Translations under genes and position numbers: made by a program
DNA from: an uncultured Acidimicrobiales bacterium
Lineage (GTDB): Bacteria; Actinomycetota; Acidimicrobiia; Acidimicrobiales; SZUA-35
Length of the DNA stretch: 64,000 bases
Assembly: GCA_963751955.1 (NCBI GenBank)
Contig: CAVVWM010000003.1
Location: 322,644 to 386,643 of the forward strand
Reading direction: 5' to 3'
Notes under the pieces: model-generated
The model's input: the letters and a program-made list of their open reading frames with translations, nothing else
The model's database searches: none
What the model was told of the DNA's origin: nothing
In this document: positions 56,274 through 64,000 of the stretch, in pieces
Numbering within the stretch: position 1 is the first letter of the stretch
How the letters are laid out: the number at the start of each line of letters is the position of its first letter

Positions 56274-57479
56274 GTGACACTCAACACCGATCTACTCTGT
56301 GCCGCCGACACGTTCATAAAGCGCAAATACATCGACGGGGGCGTTCTGCCAGGGTTCTCGTGGTCTGTGGTTCACAACGATGAAGTGGTACATACCGGCG
56401 CAACCAATTACGAACCTGGAGCGATCTTCCGGATCTACTCGATGACAAAGCCCATCACATCAACAGCGATGCTCATGCTCATCGAACGTGGTGTGTGCAG
56501 GCTAAAGGATCCGGTCTCGGTGTGGCTTCCCGAGTGGAGCGATCTCACCGTCTACGTCGCCGGTCACGACGACTCGATGACTGTCGCGGCGCCCAATCGA
56601 CCGATCACGATTCAGGATCTGCTCACGCACACAAGCGGTCTCACCTACGGCTGGATGTATGCCCATCCAGTCGATGCCGCCTACCGCAAACGAGGCATCG
56701 GCACACGCACGGTTTCTCTGGCTGAAACATGCTCTCGTGCAGCCGAAGTGCCGCTCAAGTTCTCACCCGGCACCGAGTGGCAGTATTCGATCTCTACAGA
56801 CATCATCGGACATCTCGTTGAACTCATCTCAGGTTCCCCACTCGACCAATTCTTCGACGACGAGATCCTTGGACCACTGGGGATGGTCGACACCGCCTTC
56901 TGGGTTGACGACGACAAGGCCGATCAACTGGTGCCGAACACCGCACGACCTGGGCAGAGCCCGTTCGGGATCCCCCCTGATGCTCGGTCGGCCGGCGTGG
57001 GCGATCTCCTCGTCATCGACGACAACAGCGCAGAGAGCGAGTACCGGACCAAGCCAGCTCTGCTCTCAGGTGGTGGTGGACTCACCTCGACCCTCAGTGA
57101 CTATGTCCGGTTCTGTCGCATGATTTTGAATGGCGGCGAACTCGATGGCAAGCGGATTCTCGGAAGCCGCACGTTGGCCTTCGCAGGACGCAACCATCTG
57201 CCAGGCGGTGCAACGCTCGCTGACATCGGTCCACCCATCGGAACCGAAACGAACCACGAAGGTGTCGGTTTCGGGCTCGGTTTCAGCGTGGTCGTTGACC
57301 CTGCCGCCAACGGAGTGATCCAGAGCGTTGGCACGATGGCATGGGGTGGAGCAGCATCCACTCTGTTCTGGATCGATCCTGTCGAGCACCTTGCAGTGGT
57401 CGGGATGACCCAGGTGATGCCCAGCTGGTCTACCAGTTTGCGTGATGAACTCCGACAGATCGTGTACGCGGCTTTGTGA
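56274..57479 (+). CDS. Serine hydrolase (beta-lactamase / class-C esterase family)
   Basis: SxxK nucleophile motif IYSMTKPITS, LLTHTSGL and a late W.GGAAST block. The start is uncertain (GTG 56274 or 56259; the track ORF starts at 56142). Confidence 0.75.
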   Translation: MTLNTDLLCAADTFIKRKYIDGGVLPGFSWSVVHNDEVVHTGATNYEPGAIFRIYSMTKPITSTAMLMLIERGVCRLKDPVSVWLPEWSDLTVYVAGHDDSMTVAAPNRPITIQDLLTHTSGLTYGWMYAHPVDAAYRKRGIGTRTVSLAETCSRAAEVPLKFSPGTEWQYSISTDIIGHLVELISGSPLDQFFDDEILGPLGMVDTAFWVDDDKADQLVPNTARPGQSPFGIPPDARSAGVGDLLVIDDNSAESEYRTKPALLSGGGGLTSTLSDYVRFCRMILNGGELDGKRILGSRTLAFAGRNHLPGGATLADIGPPIGTETNHEGVGFGLGFSVVVDPAANGVIQSVGTMAWGGAASTLFWIDPVEHLAVVGMTQVMPSWSTSLRDELRQIVYAAL

Positions 57480-57541
57480 ACCCTCTGGGAACAGTCGCTG
57501 AGCAGCCACGGCGGCGGCGTGGTCCGGCCTAGATTCGTAGA

Positions 57542-58978
57542 GTGGATCTACCGTCGACGACTACGACCTTTGACGAGATGGTGGCCGACGGGACCACGGT
57601 TCGCTCCCCGTACCGTCAATACTGTGAGTGGATCGACGGTGAAGACCCGACCCGACTACTCACCAAGACCGCCGAAGCAGAAACAATCTTCCGACGGACC
57701 GGTATCACATTCAACGTTTACGGAGATGAAGCGGCCGACGAACGACTAATCCCGTTCGACATCGTGCCGAGAATCATCTCAGGGCTCGAGTGGCACCGAC
57801 TGTCGCCGCGGTATCGAGCAGCGAGTCCGAGCCATCAACGCTTTTCTCTACGACATCTATCATCGTCAAGAAATCCTCAAAGCCGGAAGAATCCCGGAGT
57901 CGCTGATCGCCAAGAACAACGCCTATCTCCCGCAGATGCAGGGAGTAGATCCTCCGGGCCGGGTCTACACCCACATCGTCGGAATCGACCTGGTCCGGAC
58001 CGACGAAAACGAGTTCTACGTGCTGGAGGACAACGCTCGGACACCTTCGGGGGTGTCGTATATGCTGGAGAACCGCGAGACCATGCTGCACATGTTCCCC
58101 GAGTTGTTCTCGACGATCTCGGTTCAGCGGGTCAACACCTATCCACTCCACTTGCGTCGCTCGCTAGCCGCCTGCGCCCGAGAGAATCAGACCATCGGCC
58201 GACCGTGGCGGTCCTCACTCCCGGTGTGTACAACTCAGCCTATTTCGAGCATTCGTTCCTCGCTGACGAGATGGGGGCGGCTTTGGTTGAGGGGAACGAC
58301 CTGCGGGTGGTAGATGGCCGACTGGCCATGCGTACGACACAGGATTATCAACCCATCGACGTTCTCTATCGTCGGGTAGACGACGACTTCCTGGACCCGC
58401 TGAATTTCAATCCAACCTCGCAGTTGGGCGTTCCCGGCGTGTTTGATATCTATCGAGCCGGCAACCTGACAATTGCGAACGCACCCGGTACCGGAATCGC
58501 CGATGACAAGGCGGTCTATTCCTATATGCCCGAAATCGTGGAGTTCTACACCGGCGAACAACCCATCCTGAAGAACGTGCCCACGTGGCGGTGTGCCGAG
58601 CCAGACTCGTTGGCTTACGTGTTGGATCACCTCGACGAGCTGGTCGTCAAGGAAGTTCACGGTTCGGGCGGCTACGGCATGCTCGTGGGGCCCGCCGCCA
58701 GCAAAGACGAATGCAAACGGTTCGCAGCCAAGCTTCGATCAGCCCCGGCCAACTACATTGCACAACCGACCCTTGCGCTCTCGTCGGTGCCGATACTGAC
58801 CGAGAGCGGTCTTGCGCCCCGGCACGTGGATCTCCGCCCCTTCGTCCTGGTTTCTCCCGACTCGATTCACATCACCCCTGGCGGTCTCACTCGGGTTGCG
58901 CTGGAAGAAGGGTCGCTCGTGGTCAACTCCAGCCAGGGCGGCGGAACCAAAGACACGTGGGTGCTGGAGGACTTCTGA
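57542..58978 (+). CDS. Circularly permuted ATP-grasp protein (COG2308 / DUF404-DUF407 type), central 128 codons out of frame
   Basis: The flanks read RSPYRQYCEWI...GITFNVYGDE...IPFDIVPRII and TVAVLTPGVYNSAYFEHSFLADEMG...VDVLYRRVDDDFLDP...IANAPGTGIADDKAVY...KEVHGSGGYGML. The conserved middle is readable only in the +1 frame between about 57805 and about 58195: GIEQRVRAINAFLYDIYHRQEILKAGRIP...YTHIVGIDLVRTDENEFYVLEDNARTPSGVSYMLENR. Confidence 0.85.
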   Translation: MDLPSTTTTFDEMVADGTTVRSPYRQYCEWIDGEDPTRLLTKTAEAETIFRRTGITFNVYGDEAADERLIPFDIVPRIISGLEWHRLSPRYRAASPSHQRFSLRHLSSSRNPQSRKNPGVADRQEQRLSPADAGSRSSGPGLHPHRRNRPGPDRRKRVLRAGGQRSDTFGGVVYAGEPRDHAAHVPRVVLDDLGSAGQHLSTPLASLASRLRPRESDHRPTVAVLTPGVYNSAYFEHSFLADEMGAALVEGNDLRVVDGRLAMRTTQDYQPIDVLYRRVDDDFLDPLNFNPTSQLGVPGVFDIYRAGNLTIANAPGTGIADDKAVYSYMPEIVEFYTGEQPILKNVPTWRCAEPDSLAYVLDHLDELVVKEVHGSGGYGMLVGPAASKDECKRFAAKLRSAPANYIAQPTLALSSVPILTESGLAPRHVDLRPFVLVSPDSIHITPGGLTRVALEEGSLVVNSSQGGGTKDTWVLEDF

Positions 58979-59922
58979 TGATGCTCGGAACCACTGCTGG
59001 TGGTCTCTTCTGGATGTTCCGGTACCTGGAACGGTGCGAGAACACAGCTCGATTGGTCGAGGCTGGCCTCCGGATTGCGCTCACCAAGTCCAGCGAGAGT
59101 GCCGGAGAGTGGGAATCGGTTGTGCTCACCACCGGTGCCTCGGATCTGTTTGAACAACATCACGATCGATACGAACGCCACGCCGTCATCGACTTCTTGT
59201 TGCGCGACCCGGAGAATCCATCGAGCGTGCTCTCACTCGTCGAAGCCGCCAGGAACAACGCCCGCGGTGTCCGTACTGCACTGACTCGTGAAGTCTGGGA
59301 AGCGACCAACGATTGCTGGATGGTGCTTCGTGCCACGCTCGCCGATCCCGTTCCGGATCGCGACCTGCCCGAAGTCCTTGGCCTCATCCGGCGGGAGAGT
59401 GCTCTGGTTCGTGGAGCACTGCACGGGACTGTGATGCGCAACGACATCTACGATTTCGCCCAGCTCGGCATGTTCGTTGAGCGAGCCGACAACACCGCAC
59501 GGATCTTGGACGTGAAGTACTACATTCTACTTCCCTCGGTCTCTGCGGTTGGATCGAGGCTCGACACCCTTCAGTGGGAGACGATTCTTCGGTCGGTCTC
59601 TGCTCAACGCGCCTTCCGTTTCGAGTTTCCCGGTGCCATTAGCCCGCGGGATGTTGCTGCGTTCCTGGTATTGGATCCACGGATGCCCCGATCTCTCGCC
59701 TACTGCTTTTTCAAAATCCGCGACAATCTCGACTATCTCGGCACCCAGTACAACTTTCGACATCCGAGTCACGACGTTGCTGAAAAACTCATCGATTCGA
59801 TCAGCGGTCGCGAGATCGAGCACATCTTCGACAGTGGTTTGCACGAGTTCCTTCGTGCGGCCATCGGAGAGATCGCGTCGCTAGCGGGTCAAATTGAGAT
59901 CGACTACCGGTTCAGCAGGTGA
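58978..59922 (+). CDS. Alpha-E domain protein (COG2307 / DUF403)
   Basis: The start overlaps the upstream stop (TGATG). GLFWMFRYLERCENTARLVE...WESVVL...LVRGALHGTVMRNDIYDFAQLGMFVERADNTARILDVKY is typical of alpha-E. Confidence 0.85.
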   Translation: MMLGTTAGGLFWMFRYLERCENTARLVEAGLRIALTKSSESAGEWESVVLTTGASDLFEQHHDRYERHAVIDFLLRDPENPSSVLSLVEAARNNARGVRTALTREVWEATNDCWMVLRATLADPVPDRDLPEVLGLIRRESALVRGALHGTVMRNDIYDFAQLGMFVERADNTARILDVKYYILLPSVSAVGSRLDTLQWETILRSVSAQRAFRFEFPGAISPRDVAAFLVLDPRMPRSLAYCFFKIRDNLDYLGTQYNFRHPSHDVAEKLIDSISGREIEHIFDSGLHEFLRAAIGEIASLAGQIEIDYRFSR

Positions 59923-59929
59923 ATCCAGC

Positions 59930-60727
59930 ATGCTCTTGAACATCAGCCATGAAACGGTCTACCGGTACGATCAACCGGTTCCCTTCGGGCTCCAACAAGT
60001 GAGGAAGACTCCCCGGACCAACCACCTGCAACGAGTCATCAACTGGGAAACCCGGGTGGAGGGCGGCACCATTCAGGCCACATTCGCCGACCAATACCGA
60101 AACACCGTTCAGCTGGTAAGTCTGGCCGAAGGCCAAGACACCTTCCGCCTTACCAGCTCGGGGTCGGTAGACACCATTGACACCGGTGGCGTATTCGGAG
60201 CGGCGTCGGAAATCGTGCCGCTTTGGCTATTCCTGCGGTCGACACCGCTGACCGAGCCCGGACCTTTGGTCACAAGTCTGCTGGACAGCAAAGTCGAGCA
60301 TCTGAACGACTTGAACAACCTGCACGATCTTTGTTCAAGAATCCTAGATGCGGTTGAGTACGAGACTGGGTCGTCGACGACAGTGTCCACCGCCGAGGAC
60401 GCGCTTAGGACTGGAAGCGGCGTGTGCCAAGACCACGCCCACGTGCTGATCAGCGTCGCCCGATTGGCTGGATGGCCTGCTCGGTATGTCAGCGGCTACT
60501 TGATGATGAACGATCGGATCGATCAAGAAGCAACCCACGCATGGGCTGAAGTCCATGTGACCGGACTCGGCTGGGTCGGGTTCGACGTCTCCAACGGTAT
60601 TTCGCCCGACGAGCGGTACGTTCGAATCGCGGTCGGCCTCGACTATGCCGAGGTAGCCCCGGTCTCGGGGATCAGGTTCGGCGCCGCCGAAGAACAGCTG
60701 AATGTCTCAATTCAGGTCCAACAGTAA
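59930..60727 (+). CDS. Transglutaminase-like cysteine peptidase-fold protein (Bact_transglu_N plus core)
   Basis: MLLNISHETVYRYDQPV N-terminal domain. Catalytic triad context GSGVCQDHAHVLISVARLAGWPARYVSGY, THAWAEV and GFDVSNG. Confidence 0.85.
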   Translation: MLLNISHETVYRYDQPVPFGLQQVRKTPRTNHLQRVINWETRVEGGTIQATFADQYRNTVQLVSLAEGQDTFRLTSSGSVDTIDTGGVFGAASEIVPLWLFLRSTPLTEPGPLVTSLLDSKVEHLNDLNNLHDLCSRILDAVEYETGSSTTVSTAEDALRTGSGVCQDHAHVLISVARLAGWPARYVSGYLMMNDRIDQEATHAWAEVHVTGLGWVGFDVSNGISPDERYVRIAVGLDYAEVAPVSGIRFGAAEEQLNVSIQVQQ

Positions 60728-60767
60728 CGACCGATAGATTCATGGTGATGATCACGGGAACGATGCG

Positions 60768-61517
60768 ATGACCTACTGCGTTGGACTTCGGACCGAGCAG
60801 GGTTTGGTGTTCATGTCCGACACGCGTACCAACTCGGGTGTAGACAACGTTTCGGTCTACCGAAAGATGCCAACGTGGGCGAACGAGGGAGAACGGGTGA
60901 TCACTCTCCTCTCGGCCGGCAACCTCGCCACGACTCAGTCGGTCGTCAGCCTGCTCGACGAGCGATCCAAAGTGCCCAAGGACCGCAGCCCCTCGATCCT
61001 CGAGGCCCCAACGATGTTTCAGGTAGCCCGACTGGTCGGGCAGACGGTCCGAGAAGTGATCGACATCCAAGGGGAGACCGGCGAGACAGATGACAGCAAG
61101 TTCAACAGCACGCTGATCCTCGGTGGGCAGATCAGGGGAATGACACCCCGTCTGTTTCTGGTCTACCCGGAGGGCAACTTCATCGAGGCAACCGATGACA
61201 CGCCCTTCATGCAAATCGGTGAGACGAAGTACGGCCGACCGATTCTGATTCGGGCCTATCAGGAGTCGATGAGCTTTGATGCAGCGGTCAAGTTACTGCT
61301 GGTCTCCTTCGACTCCACGATGCGGGCAAACCTCTCGGTGGGATTTCCGATCGACCTTCAGGTCTATGAAGCCGACAGCTTCCGTCGCCAGCCACGCATA
61401 CGTATTGAAGAGGACGACCCTTACTTCCGGTCGATTTCGGCCGGATGGAGTGGGGCGCTGCGGCGAGCATTCGACTCACTGCCCGATTTCGATCTCAGCG
61501 GACGAAGCCCGGCGTAA
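60768..61517 (+). CDS. Anbu-type proteasome beta-subunit homologue (COG3484 peptidase)
   Basis: Begins MTYCVGL with no propeptide, so Thr follows the initiator Met directly. Asp18 (MSDTRT) and Lys33 (VYRKM) sit where the proteasome Thr1/Asp17/Lys33 triad would be. 249 aa. Last gene of the cassette. Confidence 0.8.
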   Translation: MTYCVGLRTEQGLVFMSDTRTNSGVDNVSVYRKMPTWANEGERVITLLSAGNLATTQSVVSLLDERSKVPKDRSPSILEAPTMFQVARLVGQTVREVIDIQGETGETDDSKFNSTLILGGQIRGMTPRLFLVYPEGNFIEATDDTPFMQIGETKYGRPILIRAYQESMSFDAAVKLLLVSFDSTMRANLSVGFPIDLQVYEADSFRRQPRIRIEEDDPYFRSISAGWSGALRRAFDSLPDFDLSGRSPA

Positions 61518-62178
61518 CCCCTCCACCATCTCTGCCAAGAAATCCTCGGCTGAGTCGACGATCGACGGTTGAACCGACGCCAACGCAGTCGCCACACGTT
61601 CCACATCGTCGGGTTTCATCGCAAGACGTCGTCGGGCCGAAAGGATCGATTCCATTCTCCTGGCTACGGCGTGAGGATCGCGAAAATCAGGTGGGAGTCC
61701 GCCAGTGCGGCAGTCTCGATAGATGATCGCTCCAGCGTTGACGGGATGCTTCTGGGACGACCTCGCCGATACCGGGCGCAGCGGTAGCCATCGAGAAAGC
61801 TTGGGCAACGAAGCTGCTCCGTTCCGGATGGTTGGAGAAGAGTTCGCCGTCGAGCAACAGTTCCACACCGACATGGGCCGATGCCCTCGCGGCACCCCGT
61901 CCAACGCCAGCGGCGGAAAGATCGTCGAACACCAATTTCTGACGAGAGGTGAACCAGCGATGGGAGTGAAAGAGGTTGTCGGTTGCATGGTGGAACGCCA
62001 CACCTTTTCCGACGGGGCCTTCGGCTGATCCCGGGAGCATTCTGAACCCCCCGATCGTGGCAATGTCGGGTAGGGCCGAGCCCAGGTGCACCAGCCGGTC
62101 ACCGAAGTGTTCAGCGGCAATTGTGACGTGGGCACCAAGATTCACGGCATCACCGTAGAAGCGATCGGTGTGTCCCAC
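61476..62178 (-). CDS. AcpH-like (HD-superfamily, ACP phosphodiesterase-like) protein, possible frameshift near 61725
   Basis: ORF 61687..62178 reads NLGAHVTIAAEHFGD...GSALPDIA...GVAFHHATDNLFHSHRWF, which resembles the AcpH N-terminus (MNxLAHL...H...D..FH). The ORF 61476..62138 frame then gives IIYRDCRTGG...MESILSARRRL, where E. coli AcpH has YRD...MASRRPRL. The start may be GTG 62145. Weak, memory-based call. Confidence 0.4.
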
Positions 62179-62194
62179 TCCCGGCCGAGCGAGT

Positions 62195-63040
62195 TCATCG
62201 ATCGGTGAGTCCGAACTTCTCCTTCAGTACTGCGTGAAAGTCACGCTGGCCTGTCACCAAGAATCGGGCCTTCTCCTCAGAACGCCGAATGGTGATGGAA
62301 GAGCCAGGTTCGACGGTGGCCACTGCGCGCCCGTCGAGGGTCACGAGCCCTGCCCGATATCCTTCGACGTCGAGCCGAACCTCGGTTGAGGGGGCGAGCA
62401 CGAGCGGTCGGTTGAAGATCATGTGGGCCGCCACCGGGACCACGATCAGTGCCTCGAAGTCGGGTTCCACCACGGGCCCGCCGGCCGAAAGCGAATAGGC
62501 GGTGGATCCAGTCGGTGTTGCCACGATCAGGCCATCAGCCTTGTAGGTGGTGAAAGGCTGATCACCGATGGTTGCCAGAAGAGAGACAATATGGCCGCTC
62601 TCGGCTCGCTCTACCACTGCTTCATTCAGTGCGAGCCCGAGCCGGCGGCCCCGTGAGTCCAGGACTTCCACCATCATTCGCTCTTCGATGATCAACCGAC
62701 CATCCCGCCATGCTGACAACGATGTCTCCAGCTGGTCGGGATCAGTTTCTGCCAGGTAACCGAGGTCACCGGCGTTGACGCCGAGCAGTGGAACGTGGTG
62801 CTCAACGACCAGATGGGCGGCCCGGAGCATCGTCCCGTCGCCGCCGAAACTGAGGCACACATCGAGACCTTCGGCGAAGGATTCCTCGTCTACGCCAAAT
62901 TCGCTGTGATCGATCAGTTCGGCATCGACCTTGGGCATCCGCACTTGGACCGCGCACTCCTCGCACCAGTTGAGGGCGCGCACAACCAGGTCGAGGACCT
63001 CGGGACGGTGGTGGTGGAGGACGATGCCGATGGTGGTCAT
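62195..63040 (-). CDS. nadK: NAD+ kinase
   Basis: SFGGDGTMLRA, GVNAGDLGYLAE and TPTGSTAYSLSAGGP. 4-nt overlap with tlyA. Confidence 0.95.
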   Translation of the reverse strand: MTTIGIVLHHHRPEVLDLVVRALNWCEECAVQVRMPKVDAELIDHSEFGVDEESFAEGLDVCLSFGGDGTMLRAAHLVVEHHVPLLGVNAGDLGYLAETDPDQLETSLSAWRDGRLIIEERMMVEVLDSRGRRLGLALNEAVVERAESGHIVSLLATIGDQPFTTYKADGLIVATPTGSTAYSLSAGGPVVEPDFEALIVVPVAAHMIFNRPLVLAPSTEVRLDVEGYRAGLVTLDGRAVATVEPGSSITIRRSEEKARFLVTGQRDFHAVLKEKFGLTDR

Positions 63041-63843
63041 AACGATTCTTTTCCCTCTTCAGCTTCTGAGACGACGGTCTCAATCAGCGATGCAACATCA
63101 TCATGGCTGGTCGCGGACACAAAGTGGCCGACGAACTCCACATTGCCAGCTCGGCCGGTGATCGGTGAAACCATGAGACCGGCACAGCTCAACCCGACAG
63201 CGGAGGCGTGCTCGAGTACCTCGGCCAGGACCCGGCCCCAGATCGCAGGGCTGGTAATGACTCCGCTTCCCCTCGAAACTTCCTGGCGACCGGCCTCGAA
63301 CTGCGGCTTGATTAGAACGAGCGCGTCGTCGACGTCCAGTTCGGCCACCACTGGAAGCACCAGCCGCAACGAGATGAACGACACGTCTGCGACAGCCAGC
63401 GTCAAGCCGTTCGGGAATTGGCTCGGCTTCACTGATCGGATGTCGGTCTGTTCGCGAACCTGGACTCGAGGATCATCTCTCAACCGTTCGTGCAGCTGAT
63501 GGGTCCCCACGTCAACAGCCACGACGGTCGCCGCCCCATGCTGGAGAAGGCAGTCGGTGAATCCTCCGGTTGAGGACCCAATGTCGACACAATGACGGCT
63601 GGTCGGATCAACCCCGAATCGCGCGAGTGCGCCCGCAAGTTTCTCGCCCGCCCGGCTCACGAAACGCGGAGGGTCGCCGGTGACCCTCAGGTCCTCAGCG
63701 GGATCAACTAGACGGGCCGACTTGGTCGCCGGTGCACCCCCTACAAGAACTCGTCCGTCTTGGATGAGCAGCTTCGCTGATTCACGGCTGGGAGCCAAAC
63801 CCCGCCGGACCAGTTCGCCATCAAGCCGCCTCCGAGCCGCCAT
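63037..63843 (-). CDS. tlyA: TlyA-family 16S/23S rRNA (cytidine-2'-O)-methyltransferase
   Basis: MAARRRLDGELVRRGLAPSRESAKLLI (S4-like). SAM fold CVDIGSSTGGFTDCLLQHGA and DVSFISL. ATG 63843 has GGAGA 6 nt upstream; the track start at 63876 is less likely. Confidence 0.9.
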   Translation of the reverse strand: MAARRRLDGELVRRGLAPSRESAKLLIQDGRVLVGGAPATKSARLVDPAEDLRVTGDPPRFVSRAGEKLAGALARFGVDPTSRHCVDIGSSTGGFTDCLLQHGAATVVAVDVGTHQLHERLRDDPRVQVREQTDIRSVKPSQFPNGLTLAVADVSFISLRLVLPVVAELDVDDALVLIKPQFEAGRQEVSRGSGVITSPAIWGRVLAEVLEHASAVGLSCAGLMVSPITGRAGNVEFVGHFVSATSHDDVASLIETVVSEAEEGKESL

Positions 63844-63937
63844 AGCCATTCTCCAATTCAATGTGGATACCAGCATCCCGTGTGGCTGGGAGCACTGCAG
63901 GAGCCCTGATTGTGGCTTGCGACAAGGACTTCACCGA

Positions 63938-64000
63938 CTAGATCCCAACTTCGCTCGCCAGCACCTCGGCCACATCGATGGCGATGATGTCGGGAGCGGG
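63938..64000 (-). CDS. 3' end of an unidentified gene entering from the right edge
   Basis: My minus-strand translation reads ...PAPDIIAIDVAEVLASEVGI* with the stop at 63938-63940 and high GC3. It is too short to classify. Confidence 0.3.
   Translation of the reverse strand, partial: PAPDIIAIDVAEVLASEVGI

Noticed and set aside
1-64000. Mobile elements, prophage, toxin-antitoxin pairs or known defence systems
   Set aside because: I found no transposase, integrase, recombinase, restriction/modification or Cas protein, and no typical TA-sized gene pair in any frame.

Overview
High-GC (about 60%) actinobacterial chromosome segment. It is very gene-dense, with about 65 genes and many 4-nt start/stop overlaps. 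I found no rRNA, CRISPR, transposase or integrase, and one tRNA-Pro(GGG). Most of the window is a chain of conserved actinobacterial core blocks. The first is the whole Pup-proteasome locus (mpa-dop-pup-prcB-prcA, a LuxR-type regulator, then the pafA 5' end) at 1-6.4 kb. The second is pgsA-gcvH-FHA-MerR-DUF151-MerR at 12-16 kb. The rest are DUF512-der, plsC-cmk-tyrA-aroH-rluB-scpB-scpA, trpS, pyrG-NUDIX and nadK-tlyA. Variable segments sit between these blocks. One is a FAD-oxidase/DUF1365/CFA-synthase-like lipid-modification triad (27.8-31.3 kb). The other is a 16-kb accessory stretch between pyrG and nadK (45.8-62.2 kb). That stretch carries an Xsc (sulfoacetaldehyde acetyltransferase)/class-III aminotransferase module, a heavily decayed oxidoreductase pseudogene, and two odd tandem repeats that duplicate gene 3' ends. 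Most notably it holds a four-gene operon of circularly permuted ATP-grasp, alpha-E, transglutaminase and an Anbu-type proteasome homologue (57.5-61.5 kb). This is a computationally predicted but experimentally uncharacterised ligase/protease system, here in the same genome as a canonical Pup-20S system. A recurrent anomaly is at least ten reading-frame disruptions: prcA, dop, a histidine phosphatase, two compensating shifts in the ATP-grasp gene, an AcpH-like gene and the oxidoreductase. These are either assembly indels or real decay, and the sequence alone cannot decide. All family calls rest on motif recognition by eye; no database search was run.
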